Assembly (NCBI GenBank): GCA_021613535.1
Contig: CP075493.1
Coordinates: 12,028,001 to 12,092,000 of the forward strand
DNA length: 64,000 nt
Reading direction: 5' to 3'
DNA from: Adineta vaga
Taxonomy: Eukaryota > Animalia > Rotifera
In this document: one piece after another, positions 50,306 to 61,718 of the stretch
Layout of the letters: each line of letters starts with the position of its first letter
Position numbering within the stretch: position 1 is the stretch's first letter
The notes under the pieces: model-generated
Databases searched by the model: none
What the model saw: only the letters and a program-made list of their open reading frames with translations
What the model was told of the DNA's origin: nothing
Translations under genes and position numbers: made by a program

Positions 50306-51168
50306 AATATGTTTTCTTTTTCTAATGAGCAAAAAAAATAGGAACAATAATGAGAAACTTTTTCGGTAATTCTATCTCGTCATCTTTTCTCTTATCTTCA
50401 TACTAAGGATTATATAAACAAATAATAGTTCTTCTATTTCTTTATCTCGTCTTAGCATAAATGTTGTGCGTGTTAAAGTTTCCGTCTTCGCTGCAATAGA
50501 AAGAAAGACGAGATAAATTAATATCTTTCATGACGTTGCTCTCTATTTCTTTCTCACTTTTATTCTAATTGGAAAAGAAGAAGAAAGATCTATATTTAAC
50601 AAGCAATTTTATATAATTAACAAAAAGACCACTGAATGTCTAAATACTCATAGCTCATTATTTGTCCAATCTGATTTAGAAAAAAGGAAGAACAATTCTT
50701 CTTTTTTTCTGACTGAGATAAGAGACTCAATAGTCTATTTTTTTTATATTAAAACGAACTTTTGTTTCGCACACAATAAGGTCATCATAAATTTATGAAG
50801 TAATCTCATCAATTTTTATAAGATTTATTCAGTTCTAAAAACTATTTTTGTCAAAACTTCATTAAAAATTAAAAAAAGATAATTGCACTTTGACAACAAT
50901 TTTCTTAGCACTACTTATAATAATGATAGAAAATAACCATATGTGAGGATGTACGCGCGAATAATCAGAAATAAAATCTAGCTGCACTTGCCTACATCTT
51001 TATTCAAACACTTACCTTCAGTACAAACAATATAATGTGATAAAAGTCGGCAATTATTGTTGAAAATAAATTCAGTTATTTACAGCAAAACAGAGCGAAC
51101 AAAAAATGAAGATATATTTATCATATTTATTCTCTGTATTTTCATTGTTCAAATAATAAAAACAGATG

Positions 51169-53055
51169 TTATATTTTATTTTCTAATTTTTGTATACAAT
51201 CTTCTAAAGTCAATCGGATTTTCTCTCGATTCTTAATCATACTAAATTTTCTCCAAGCAGTTAATTTTCCTTCTTGAAGACAGTGAGCAATAACATTCAC
51301 ATCTTTAATATCACTAATTAATCGAAAATAATCAATCAATCGTGCATTTGGTACCATTGTAATTTGACCTTGAAATTCTTGTAAAAATAAGAATGACCAA
51401 TCTTGATTAAGAACTGCAGGTAATAAATCTAACATTGCTAAGACTCGTAAATATTTTTTCATATCTTCTTTTAAAAGTAATTCAAGTGCTGCAAGAATAA
51501 ATCCTCCGCGATATGCACCGCCACGTAAACGCCAACCTGATGGTAAACCACCTTGTCCACGAGCATTGAAAAAAAATGGGATAATATGTGGATTTGTTTG
51601 ACTAACTAGAAAATAACTACAACCAAATACTTCTGATAAAGTATTTAATGGAATATCATTTTCAAAGCTTCCATCTCGAAATTGTAATCGTTCATCATGT
51701 AAAGCACGATAAGTTATTTGACCTTGTTTATCGATTAATTTTTCAATCAAATGAACTGGATGAAGTAAACCAGGTACAGCTGCTGAAGCTAATACAGCTG
51801 ATGCAATCGTTACATTCGGTGTTGATAAATAATTGAGACAAAGTGGTGGTGAATGTTTTCGTGCATTTGTTGCTGTAATATTTAATATTCGACCTGTTTT
51901 TTCATAAGCTTCTTTGAAAGTTGATCCAATTTTTCCTGGTCCATCAGCTCCAGCAAACCATTGTAATTTTTCTAACCATGTATCTCGATCAAACATTGCT
52001 CGATGTTTAATATAACTTTTAATACGATCGATCCAGGAAACATCAAAACAATTAAAACGCGATAATAATATTTCAGGTTCTAATGTTGAAAATAGTTCTT
52101 CATCAGATCGTGTACAAACAACAGCTGCAACAACAGCTCCACTACTTGTACCACTGATAATTTTCGGTAAATAACCTGAAGATAGAAGTGCTTTAACAAC
52201 GCCCCAATGATAATGACCAATTCCCGCACCACCGGATAAACATAAAGCTGTTGCACCATAATGAGATTTTATTGCTTTTAAAGTTTGTAATACAATTTCC
52301 TTCGATAAAACTTCACCAGAAGAATAATTAACGTTTACAATATCAATTGTTTCCAATTCTGTATAATCAATTGATGATGATGATAATAAAAACTCTGTTG
52401 AATGTAAATGATTCACATTAAGTGATTGAGCTTGTTCTGATAGATATTTTAAACTTATAATAATCTCTTCAATATATTCTTCGATGACATATTTTGTGCC
52501 AACTAAACTTTTTGAATATAAGTGTTCATTCAAAATTCCATTCATACTTTTATTAATACACGTTTGTAATAATTTCATACTCCTTTCAATATCTCCTGAT
52601 TCTCGAGAATGTTTTAATTCATTCGTTAATTTTTCCGTTAATACATCATTGTAATATTTCGATTCAGAACTTGCTTTCCACATTTCGCGTCCATATAATT
52701 TATCCGTCTCGCAAGCATATTCATACCATTCTTCATATGTTTCAGCATTATTCAATACGGGTGGTCGAATAAATATCGATTCAAGTATACGAATAGAATA
52801 TCGTAATAATATATAAAGACACAATTCAATGATCACTAATGATATGGAACATAAAAATAACGGCCATTTTAAAACTCGTCGAGTACCCAGTAAATAACAA
52901 AAGACTCCTACGATGGTAATTGTTACATACAATGATTGTGCCGATGAAACCGTATATCCTAACCAGTGAAAAGTAGTTTGTGGTATAATCACAAAAAGTT
53001 TTTTTTCGTAAATCAAATAAAATATCACACCAATAATAAATAAACCCATAAACAT
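51169..53055 (-). CDS. Patatin-domain triacylglycerol lipase, SDP1/TGL3-5 type with DUF3336 region
   Basis: N-terminal TMs, AETYEEW...D...W (DUF3336-like), LSGGAG, GTSSG (GxSxG), TGRILNIT, ASAAVP, DGS and VSQTNPH. Intronless. Confidence 0.92.
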   Translation of the reverse strand: MFMGLFIIGVIFYLIYEKKLFVIIPQTTFHWLGYTVSSAQSLYVTITIVGVFCYLLGTRRVLKWPLFLCSISLVIIELCLYILLRYSIRILESIFIRPPVLNNAETYEEWYEYACETDKLYGREMWKASSESKYYNDVLTEKLTNELKHSRESGDIERSMKLLQTCINKSMNGILNEHLYSKSLVGTKYVIEEYIEEIIISLKYLSEQAQSLNVNHLHSTEFLLSSSSIDYTELETIDIVNVNYSSGEVLSKEIVLQTLKAIKSHYGATALCLSGGAGIGHYHWGVVKALLSSGYLPKIISGTSSGAVVAAVVCTRSDEELFSTLEPEILLSRFNCFDVSWIDRIKSYIKHRAMFDRDTWLEKLQWFAGADGPGKIGSTFKEAYEKTGRILNITATNARKHSPPLCLNYLSTPNVTIASAVLASAAVPGLLHPVHLIEKLIDKQGQITYRALHDERLQFRDGSFENDIPLNTLSEVFGCSYFLVSQTNPHIIPFFFNARGQGGLPSGWRLRGGAYRGGFILAALELLLKEDMKKYLRVLAMLDLLPAVLNQDWSFLFLQEFQGQITMVPNARLIDYFRLISDIKDVNVIAHCLQEGKLTAWRKFSMIKNREKIRLTLEDCIQKLENKI

Positions 53056-55925
53056 AATTGAAATTATTCAGATGAAAAACGATAACGCAGATATATCTTG
53101 TTGTTGTTGTTGTCTTTTCTACTGAAAAGTGAAACTCTATATTATGTTGTACTTACACGTGAAAATAAGAGAATGATAAGACAACTCCTCGATTCCTACA
53201 ATTGTTAGATGTGTTTTTTTCAATAAATATATTCGCATAACGAAGTCTATATTACAGAGATAATTTTATACACTATTCTTTTCCTCGCCATTACAATTAT
53301 AAATCGTCCTTTCATCAAAAAAACTATAGTGCAAAAAACAAGGTTACATTTCGCTTTCTTTTTTTCTTCTCCACAGAAAAGATAACTATATAACTCACCT
53401 GTTATCAGTATGAGAATCCATCGTTGTCGTATTCTTTTCTTCTCGTATTAAATAGAATTAAAGAGAAAAATACGAAGCTAAATCGAATGAGTATTGCGTG
53501 ATTTCGTTTCTATTTGATGAACTTCTTCACACAAATGACGAGAGAATATGCGAAAGAAATTTAAAGCGGTGTAAAAGACAATTGTCATATGTTTTCCTGC
53601 TCATTGATATCTTAATTGTTGAATCGATTATTCAATGAAGAAAGTTTTTCTTCTGAATTGTATCATAGTTGTAGTTGTTTTCGACGGCCATTGAATGTCT
53701 GTACTAATCTAAGTTATATGGATATTGAAATCGATATTTTCCACAGAAAAATTCAATCATGTTGTATTCAAAGCTCAGACCATGAAAGATGTTGCCAGAA
53801 ATACACCGCATCGATAACAATCATCGGAGTATCAAAGAAGAGTACAGAACTCTGAAATTTTCGACTTTGTTTTTAAGACCGATAGTTATTTTTCAATATT
53901 TTTGTCTTCAATATATTTTTGCTTTGATGTTTATTGGATCATATGTCACTGGAATACTCATCAATGCTCCTTCATCAGTGGAGAATAGACTCATTTTTGA
54001 TGATAAATCAATAAGAAGACCTGTTAGACCGCCAAGAATTGAAGATACTAATGTGAATTGATCGGCTCGACTTTGACAGCATCATTGCTTTCGAACTGTA
54101 AGTTGCAGGACGAATCACAATTGACTATTTTCTTATGAAATTTGAATGATTACGACATCTATTATAGAATGAATTTTGGTATTTTATTTCTACACAGTAT
54201 TCATACAACAGAGTATAAGACAAATATTTTATGTGTAATTCTATGTTACGTCCACAACAACAAAAATACAACGTTTTCTACTTCATTCTTTTCAATCGGG
54301 TTTTAAGAGCGTGATATTTACGACTATGCATATCCATCTAAAGACATAAGTATGAAACACGCTAACGAAGCTATGTGTAAGCTCACAGAAGTTGTTTTTC
54401 AAAGTGTCTCACAAAGTACGATTGGTGTTTAGTAAGCTGAACTTTTTTTAGAATCTCCTATAGTCGATGTTAGAATTATTTTGCAGTCGGCGTTCGGCAT
54501 TCCTTCAATTTGTCACCCTCGACCGCTTTATATTCGATACTATAAAAAGGAATCACTACAAAGATTGAGCTTCGTTTTTTACCATTGATTTCTGTTAGCG
54601 GGGTGCTATATAATTCCAACACGCATGAAATTTTGTTACATATGCATGAGAGAATAATAATATAAATTTCAACATTCATAGACAATACTGAACTGTAGAT
54701 ATGAGTTTAGAACGACAGGAAGTTCGTGAGTGAATCTACCAGAAGACCATTACGAACATAATGACTTTCCTTTGATTTTTTTTCGATGATGATAATCTGA
54801 AGGCCAGCATATTACTTAGAATTTTCTCGACAATACGTACACTTTAACTTATTTACGAACATCCTGTCGTTTTCATTCTGATCTCTGATCAAACTTTCTG
54901 TTTAGTCCATAAGGAGTGATGGTCAATGTTACTTAAAATCTTCCGAATATATTTCGTCATGAGCATCCTGCTTATTCAATTTAGTTTTGTCATTCCGAGA
55001 TCGGTAACGAAAACTTCGAATAATTTTTTTGTCGGGAGTTCGAAATGATGAGATAGTATGAAAAGCAATTTTCTCTATTTAGGATATACTTTTACATGGC
55101 GTTCTTATTAAACGTTTCATTTCGATGAATTTTGTTTACAAAAGCGTATAAGGATGACGTTTTGTTCAGAAAGACAAGACTAATCATTCATAACCGGGGA
55201 GAGCATAGTTAGAAACATATGCCAGACAAATTCATCCCAGAGATGATTTTTTCTAGTCCATCATCAAACTCGTTTTTCGAAACAAATAATGAATGAAATA
55301 AACTCAAAAATGACATGATAACAATTGAAACCATCAATGGAAGTAACAAAGTAATAAAATACAAGAAGAAACTTTCGATGACAGGCAAACCAAATTTTTA
55401 CTTCATTGTAAAGAAATCGTATACCTCGAATTGACTTTGTGCTTTCCTGTATTTCATATGAGAATTAGAGTTTGCTATATAGTTTGAAAGCATCGAACTA
55501 CAAGAGAAAAAAATAACAAAAAAAAAACTGAAACGAAAAAAAATACTGATGCATAAATAGTACACATAGACGCTACTAGCTGATGCCGAATAAGGTAAAA
55601 TTAAACTATCATATGTTGTTTCAGATCTATATAGTTATTGTAACTTCAATACAATAAGCGCAGCCCAAATCAGAGTCTAACATTTTACACTAATTCGCCT
55701 ATATTTATACTATGACCCAGTGAATACATATTCAAAACAGAGATCAGAATTGACTAAGATCGAAAGTTACCTTTCTGATGCCAAAATGATGCTAGAGTAT
55801 GCACTGTATTTCAGAAACTAAACAACGGTTATTTTACCACTTGGTTAATCATATGTGTATACTTTTATTATATAATTTATATATGTCAATACAGAAAAGA
55901 GACTCTCTCGTTCTGCTAGTGTTCA

Positions 55926-56968
55926 TTAATACAATTCAGCACTATTGAGAGAGTTACCATTTAATCCACCAGTAACTAATACTTTTCCATTTGATAAGAT
56001 GGATGCTGTATGATCACGTCGTGCTACAGACATGTTTCCCGTCATTGTCCAATTACCTGTCGATGGATCATACAGTTCAGTACTATTGAGAGGGTTACCA
56101 TTAGATCCAGCAGTAACTAATACCGCTCCATTTGATACGACAGATGCTGCATAAAGATATCGCGCGACAGATATGTTCCCAGTCATTGTCCAGTCTGAAA
56201 AATCCCGTAAGACAAGAAAAAGCACTTGAAACTACTCATATACATCAGTTGTCGATCTATTAAATATCATCTAACTGGTCTCAATAGTTTAAGAATCTTC
56301 CATCGACTCTTATCAACACGTAATCAGCATTGTATTGAAATTCGTAAATAAATGAACTAGATAAGTATCTTAAAAATCTTTACTCGTTAAATAAATCATC
56401 CAGAAAAACATCTCAGATATTTATATTCCAATAAGTTAAGCATCTCGATGGATGAGCAGATGTCGCACTCGCTTCTTAACCAAATCGCATTCGCCTAATT
56501 CATCCACATTGCACTTTTACATATAGAAAAACTGCTTTGTTTTATTCGATGCCTCACAAAATCGCTACAAATAGCATAATATACATACCTCGATGTGTAC
56601 AAGAAATATTCCACTCTACGAGAAAAGCCAATTATTTCCGAATTATCATTAAAAATCAGCTTACCTTGACTTTTTCGAAGACAAATGACACTCGTTCGAG
56701 TACTTCCTGGTAATTGAATACTACTTGATTGACAGGATTCACCAAATAGTGCACAAGTATAATTGTCATAGTAATAAACAGCCGTTTGACACTTCACTTC
56801 GTAAGAGCATTCCCAAATGCAAGATTGAATTGATGTATCTTTTAACATCGGAACACTTCGCCGAAAAGCACAAGACGAATTAGGTTGAAAGAAGGCAGAT
56901 CGATGAATTTCGGTTATTAGAATGCCGTTGATCGAAGAGATGAAAATTGAACCCAAGAGAAAATACAT
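55926..56968 (-). CDS. Secreted PAN/apple-like domain + two kelch repeats, 3 exons
   Basis: Exons 56968-56665, 56615-56589 and 56194-55926 join in phase 1. PAN-like CIWEC....CQTAVYY....C.LF. Kelch WTMTGNMSVARRDHTASILSNGKVLVTGG...SAELY. Confidence 0.78.
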
Positions 56969-57944
56969 TTCAGTGTACCGTTATTCTATAATAACTGAAG
57001 CAAATAGAAGAATGATGTTAAAAGTAAATGTTGAATAGTATATTTATTATTGCTTCTTCTTTCGTTGCCGATGAAAAGCAAATTATTATACGAGCCGGAA
57101 AATCACATATTGACATATTAAATTGTTCGATTTATAAGACATTTCCTGCTTTTCAATTAAAATAAAGAAATACTCATAAATCTTCTTCTCGAGAATAATC
57201 AAACAATAAAATAGTGACGTAAATGCTTGCCAATATTTGGTTAGCATTCACAATCATCCGATCGTTCGACTGCTAGTTTTTTTTAAAGAAAATATGACAT
57301 TATAATATTTTCTATTCAAAATATACTACTTGCTATCGTTGTTAGTAAGAAAGCTTGTGGATAAGGATGTGTGCGGCACTTTGCGTGAGTGCAGATGTGA
57401 CAAATGAGTCAAATCAATTATACACTCATAGCGTCACACATCCTGTTCAGACTTTCACTCGAAATGGCACTCACATTCGTTGAAATAAGTAAGCATCTAT
57501 ACCCCTACTATTTATTCGTACAGCGACATATTTGAGTCATTAACATAAGTAAAACGATATTTTTTTATAATGCTTGAGCCAAGATGAAACTATGAGATAA
57601 GTCAAAGAGTTGTTCACATCCACAACTGCAAGATGGTCTACTAATAAACGGAATTTATAAGTTTTGTTCATAAAACTACCTCAATCAATACTATGCAAAC
57701 AGTAATAAAAAAAAGTTTTTTCTCAAAGTTGTATGCTAGCAACGTAATATAGAATGATCTGTTTAATAAATACAGAAAGCAAGACTGTCATTTTTAGACA
57801 GATCAATATACGAAGAGAAACGATTTATCATATAAGAAAGTACAATCTGTATAGATGTCTAATAGAAAACTCTGCGCTTTATACTATTGTATACCTAAAC
57901 AATATATGAATGTCTATTTTTTTCCCCGAACATCTTCATCGTAC

Positions 57945-58167
57945 CAATAGTTTCGATAATAACAAACACTACGGTGAGAACAAACGCAGCAGTTAAACGA
58001 TTTTGCGCTGCAGAATCAAATTCCTCATCAAGTACATGACAATGTGAAGTTGATATGTTTCATTGGTGAGATATATTATTCGATGTAATCACCCCGCGAT
58101 ATTGTTTAAAATCATCAGTAATAATATCTAGTAATGGTGTTTTTTCTTCAGTAACATCGGCCATCAT
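57945..58167 (-). pseudogene. Zinc transporter (ZnT2/SLC30-like) first-exon remnant
   Basis: MMADVTEEKTPLL...SHQ*NISTSHCHVLDEEFDSAAQNRLTAAFVLTVVFVIIETIG: HCH motif plus TM1 ending in E..G. In-frame TGA at 58060-58062. The next exon hits a stop after 3 codons. Confidence 0.62.
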
Positions 58168-58898
58168 TTTTTTCCAATGTGAATCTAAAATAAAACATAA
58201 CAGTATTCTAAGTTATATTTTTTGAATGCACAATGTATGTGTAAACTTTCTCCTGTCTCAAAACGTACGAAATGTAGAAGAAGTAGAACTAATAATTGCT
58301 TGCCCAGAACAAACTTTAATAAAAATATTTCTCTTTATTTTTCATTCTAATTCTTTAAGAACGAAATTGTTCTTCGATCGTTATATTGCAGGTGATCCAT
58401 CTTTCATATCGAGAAGTAAATACTGAAACAGAATCATAAAAGTCTTTTGATGATTTCAGTCAAGATTTTCGTTAATGAAAAATAATTCGTTTCCCAGTGT
58501 AAAATGAAGTAGCTATGTTCTATTTAAACCAATATTTCATTCAAAATGAACGATATGAAAACAAAACAGAAGATTAGATAATGAAAGTAAGGTTAATCTA
58601 ACGTATGATCCGTGCAAACTACTTTTTCTTTCGATTTTTATACGTAACCCGATGCAATTTAAAACGCTGCAGATGAACTATACTCCTTATGTCAAAAACT
58701 TGAATTGATTATACGAAAATATACTAGATCTAAAAATCAGGTTCTTGGTGAAAAAACATAACAGTTTTTAAAGGGTTTTTCTTGAATCAACATGTAAAAC
58801 TGGTTCTCGAACGCTAGTTTCGGATCATTTATTGCTTTTTGTTATCCTTACCACAAAAATTGTTTATGGTAATAGATATGGTATAATCGATTGTTCTG

Positions 58899-59368
58899 CA
58901 TTGAAAATGTATTATCTTACTTTTTTTTTTATAGAGATAAAGATTTTATTCTTTCATCGTTCGACTTATCAGTTGATATCGAGATAATTTATGTACGTTC
59001 TATCTTGAAATCTCCTGACTATTTTTACGATGTTTGCTGTTGGACATGTGATTTATGCTCACGTAATCTGTTGGAAATTTATTAACGGAAAAGAACAGAT
59101 TCTATTGGATTAATGTAGCGGAGAAGTCTTCATCAGAATAGTACAAAGAACTATGTCACGATTTTAATGTGTAGATTTATTTTTTGAGAATTAGAGTCCA
59201 CACCTCAATGTTTACCAGCATTCATCTTTGATAGCGAATATTGTAAAATAATCAGGAGATTTCAAGAAAGAACGTACATAAATTATCTTGACATCAACTG
59301 ATAAATCGAACGATGAAAGATTAAAATTTTTATCTCTATAAAAAAAATAAGCTGATGCATCTTCAATG
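58899..59368. mobile_element. Long imperfect inverted repeat (MITE/foldback-like), ~140-bp arms
   Basis: 58899-~59040 aligns with the reverse complement of ~59231-59368, e.g. ctttcatcgttcgacttatcagttgatatcgagataatttatgtacgttc vs gaacgtacataaattatcttgacatcaactgataaatcgaacgatgaaag. Confidence 0.8.
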
Positions 59369-59484
59369 AACCATATATTAACATATGCTATCCAATATAT
59401 TTTATTTCATTTAAATTAAACTCGGTACGACATACATATACCATTGATTCACTCATATAAAGGTCAAAATTTTATTAATCTGAT

Positions 59485-59835
59485 TCAGTTTTTTACTACA
59501 ATCGTATTTCCAACAGATATTTTCTGGCGTGCATCTGGTCCAACAATGATACAACCTTTTGATGCTGAATAATCTTTCTTTTTGTTGTCTCCATGAATCA
59601 AAAATCCTGATCTATCATACATAGTATTCGATGTAGCTGGTGTTAATACTAATGTTGTAGGTCCTTTGGAAGTATTGGAACTTGTGACAGTATATTCACC
59701 CTTAGGAATGGGACCAACACATCGAACTGATTCTTTAGCAGGATTGTTTAAACCTTCACCATTACCAGAATAACCTGAATAGGATGTACCATCCGATGTA
59801 ATAAATATACCTGTTGATTGGTAATAAATAGCCAT
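59485..59835 (-). CDS. Tlde1/DUF2778-family L,D-transpeptidase/carboxypeptidase-like protein (116 aa)
   Basis: Y.QSTG, GYSG.G...NNP.......GPIP.G.Y, L.L.P....M..RSGFLIHGD......SASKGCII with intact His/Cys. First in-frame ATG at 59835 (track start is GTG). Confidence 0.85.
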   Translation of the reverse strand: MAIYYQSTGIFITSDGTSYSGYSGNGEGLNNPAKESVRCVGPIPKGEYTVTSSNTSKGPTTLVLTPATSNTMYDRSGFLIHGDNKKKDYSASKGCIIVGPDARQKISVGNTIVVKN

Positions 59836-61184
59836 TTCATGTACAATGAACGATAAAGATCTCAGAGACAAACACTGAAATAAAAGAAGAAGGAAAAGTA
59901 TGAATTTGAATGTAAACAGAGTGTTTCTTCTGAAAGGATAAAGAATGTGTTGTTGACTTAGACAATAGAGGAAAAACCTAAAACTTTCAAAAAATTTTCC
60001 CTTCGATGCCACGATTGTATGACGTAAAAAACAATCGAAGGAAAAAAAAGGAATTCCAATAGTTGATTTGAATGTAAGAAAAAGAGCGTTAAAATAATAT
60101 TGTATTTTTTGTTAACTACATATGTATATTCTTATCAGCATACAATATTTACTTCGACCATGTGCGTCGAGAATCGACATATTATATTACCTTCATGATT
60201 AGAATACGAATGTGTACGCAGAAATAATCACAACCGAGCTATAAGTGATTTAGTGCATATACACCAGTACGCAATTCGACTGGCACTATAAGTGCATATT
60301 TAACATAATATTGTACAATCTTCTTTAAACAATCAACAATTTATTTTTATGTTAATTGTAAATAATACTATTTATGGTTTATTGAGTTTTGTAATCTATC
60401 AACGAATAACTATACTTTGTGTTGCATATATATATATATCGAAAATAAATGAGAATACAATTTTGCCTCAGGGACTATGTTTTATGCGATGAGGGTCGTC
60501 GAAGCTGTTAAAGAATATATGAATGTTGTTATAACTACTATAACTTTATAACAAATCAGTGAATCTTTAATTTTATCTCATTATATAAGTATCCGTCATC
60601 AACATGCTGTTGGAAATAAATCACTACACGTGATTCTTTCAATTTTGTTAGTAATATGCCATTTGAATGATGACGAAGTAAATTTTATTGAACGAAATAA
60701 TTTTCATGTGAGATAGGCGTTCATGCAGTGATAATGTAAAGGAATACAAGAGAGTGTAAAGAAAATATCATTAAAGTTTGTATTATTATGTGGAAAACGA
60801 TTAAATCATTTAATTTATGACTTTTTTCTTTAACTCTTCTTGTTACATTTTCATACAAGAGCATATCAATCACATCGTCATGATGCTTTCGACTTGATTC
60901 TTATTCAACGGGTGAATATAAGACGTAATAGTGTTCTCTTTTTTTTCTTGTGTTCCTTAGTTTCGAGTTTCACTATTTATTTTAAAACTGTTTCCTTTTA
61001 GAATCATAAAAGAAATCTGTAAATAAACTGTCGGAAGAAAAAGAAGTTCTTCAAACATTCAATTCTATAACTTTAAATATACAAATCAAATGTATAAATT
61101 CAATAGGTTGAATTTATAAACACAATAATAAGAAATATCTATAAAACTTTGTGAAAATTAAATGTAACAATTTTACGATTGTAG

Positions 61185-61447
61185 GCCAGTTGATAACTAC
61201 CAGGAAAAAGATAATCATTTTTCTTATACAACCATTATTTATTCCATCGCTTTGTTCAAATTCAACAAATATTGATATTGATTGTACTATATCTTCTACT
61301 TTCTGTTCTTCGATAAATCCTTGTTTAGATCATGCGATTTGTCATGAAATCAACAGTAATGAAGATTACATTTGTTCATGTCTATCAAATTTCAATGGTA
61401 CACAATGTGAATATGATCATCGATCATGTAGAGAAAATACTTGTTAG
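61185..61447 (+). pseudogene. Orphan EGF exon ending in a premature stop
   Basis: Colinear with the EGF exon of the NHL gene (~45863-46076: SLCS.STNI...C.ISS..C....PCL....C.......Y.C.CLS.FNG..C..D.R.C..NTC). The following W codon is TAG here. Confidence 0.6.
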
Positions 61448-61718
61448 TTGTCATGTATTATCTAGTGAAAGATTTATTTAAATAAAAAAAAGTTGATATT
61501 TTATTTTGGTTTCAGTCACGTTTTCTCATCAATTCAGAGTAGGTTATTATGTCTCTATTAAATCTAAAGAAGAAATAAATGAAATGAATATCAGTGCTCA
61601 ATGTCATGTACTACCGATCCAACTATAAAATCATTTAGTCTTTCTTTGTCAATTTTTATCATTGACAAGAAAATTTTCTTCCGATACTTTTTTAATTAAT
61701 ATTTTTCTTTTGAAATAG

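Noticed and set aside
53616-54685. Short ORFs 53616-54061 and 54476-54685
   Set aside because: No motifs, mostly non-ATG starts, composition consistent with chance or decayed sequence.
58060-58062. In-frame TGA as selenocysteine/readthrough in the ZnT fragment
   Set aside because: It falls in a non-conserved position, the next exon stops immediately and no SECIS is evident. A pseudogene is simpler.
59836-60012. N-terminal extension (signal-peptide-like FILFLLLLFQCLS) of the Tlde1-like ORF
   Set aside because: It needs a GTG start with no in-frame ATG. The hydrophobic run is the translation of a polypyrimidine tract ending in a tttcag acceptor.
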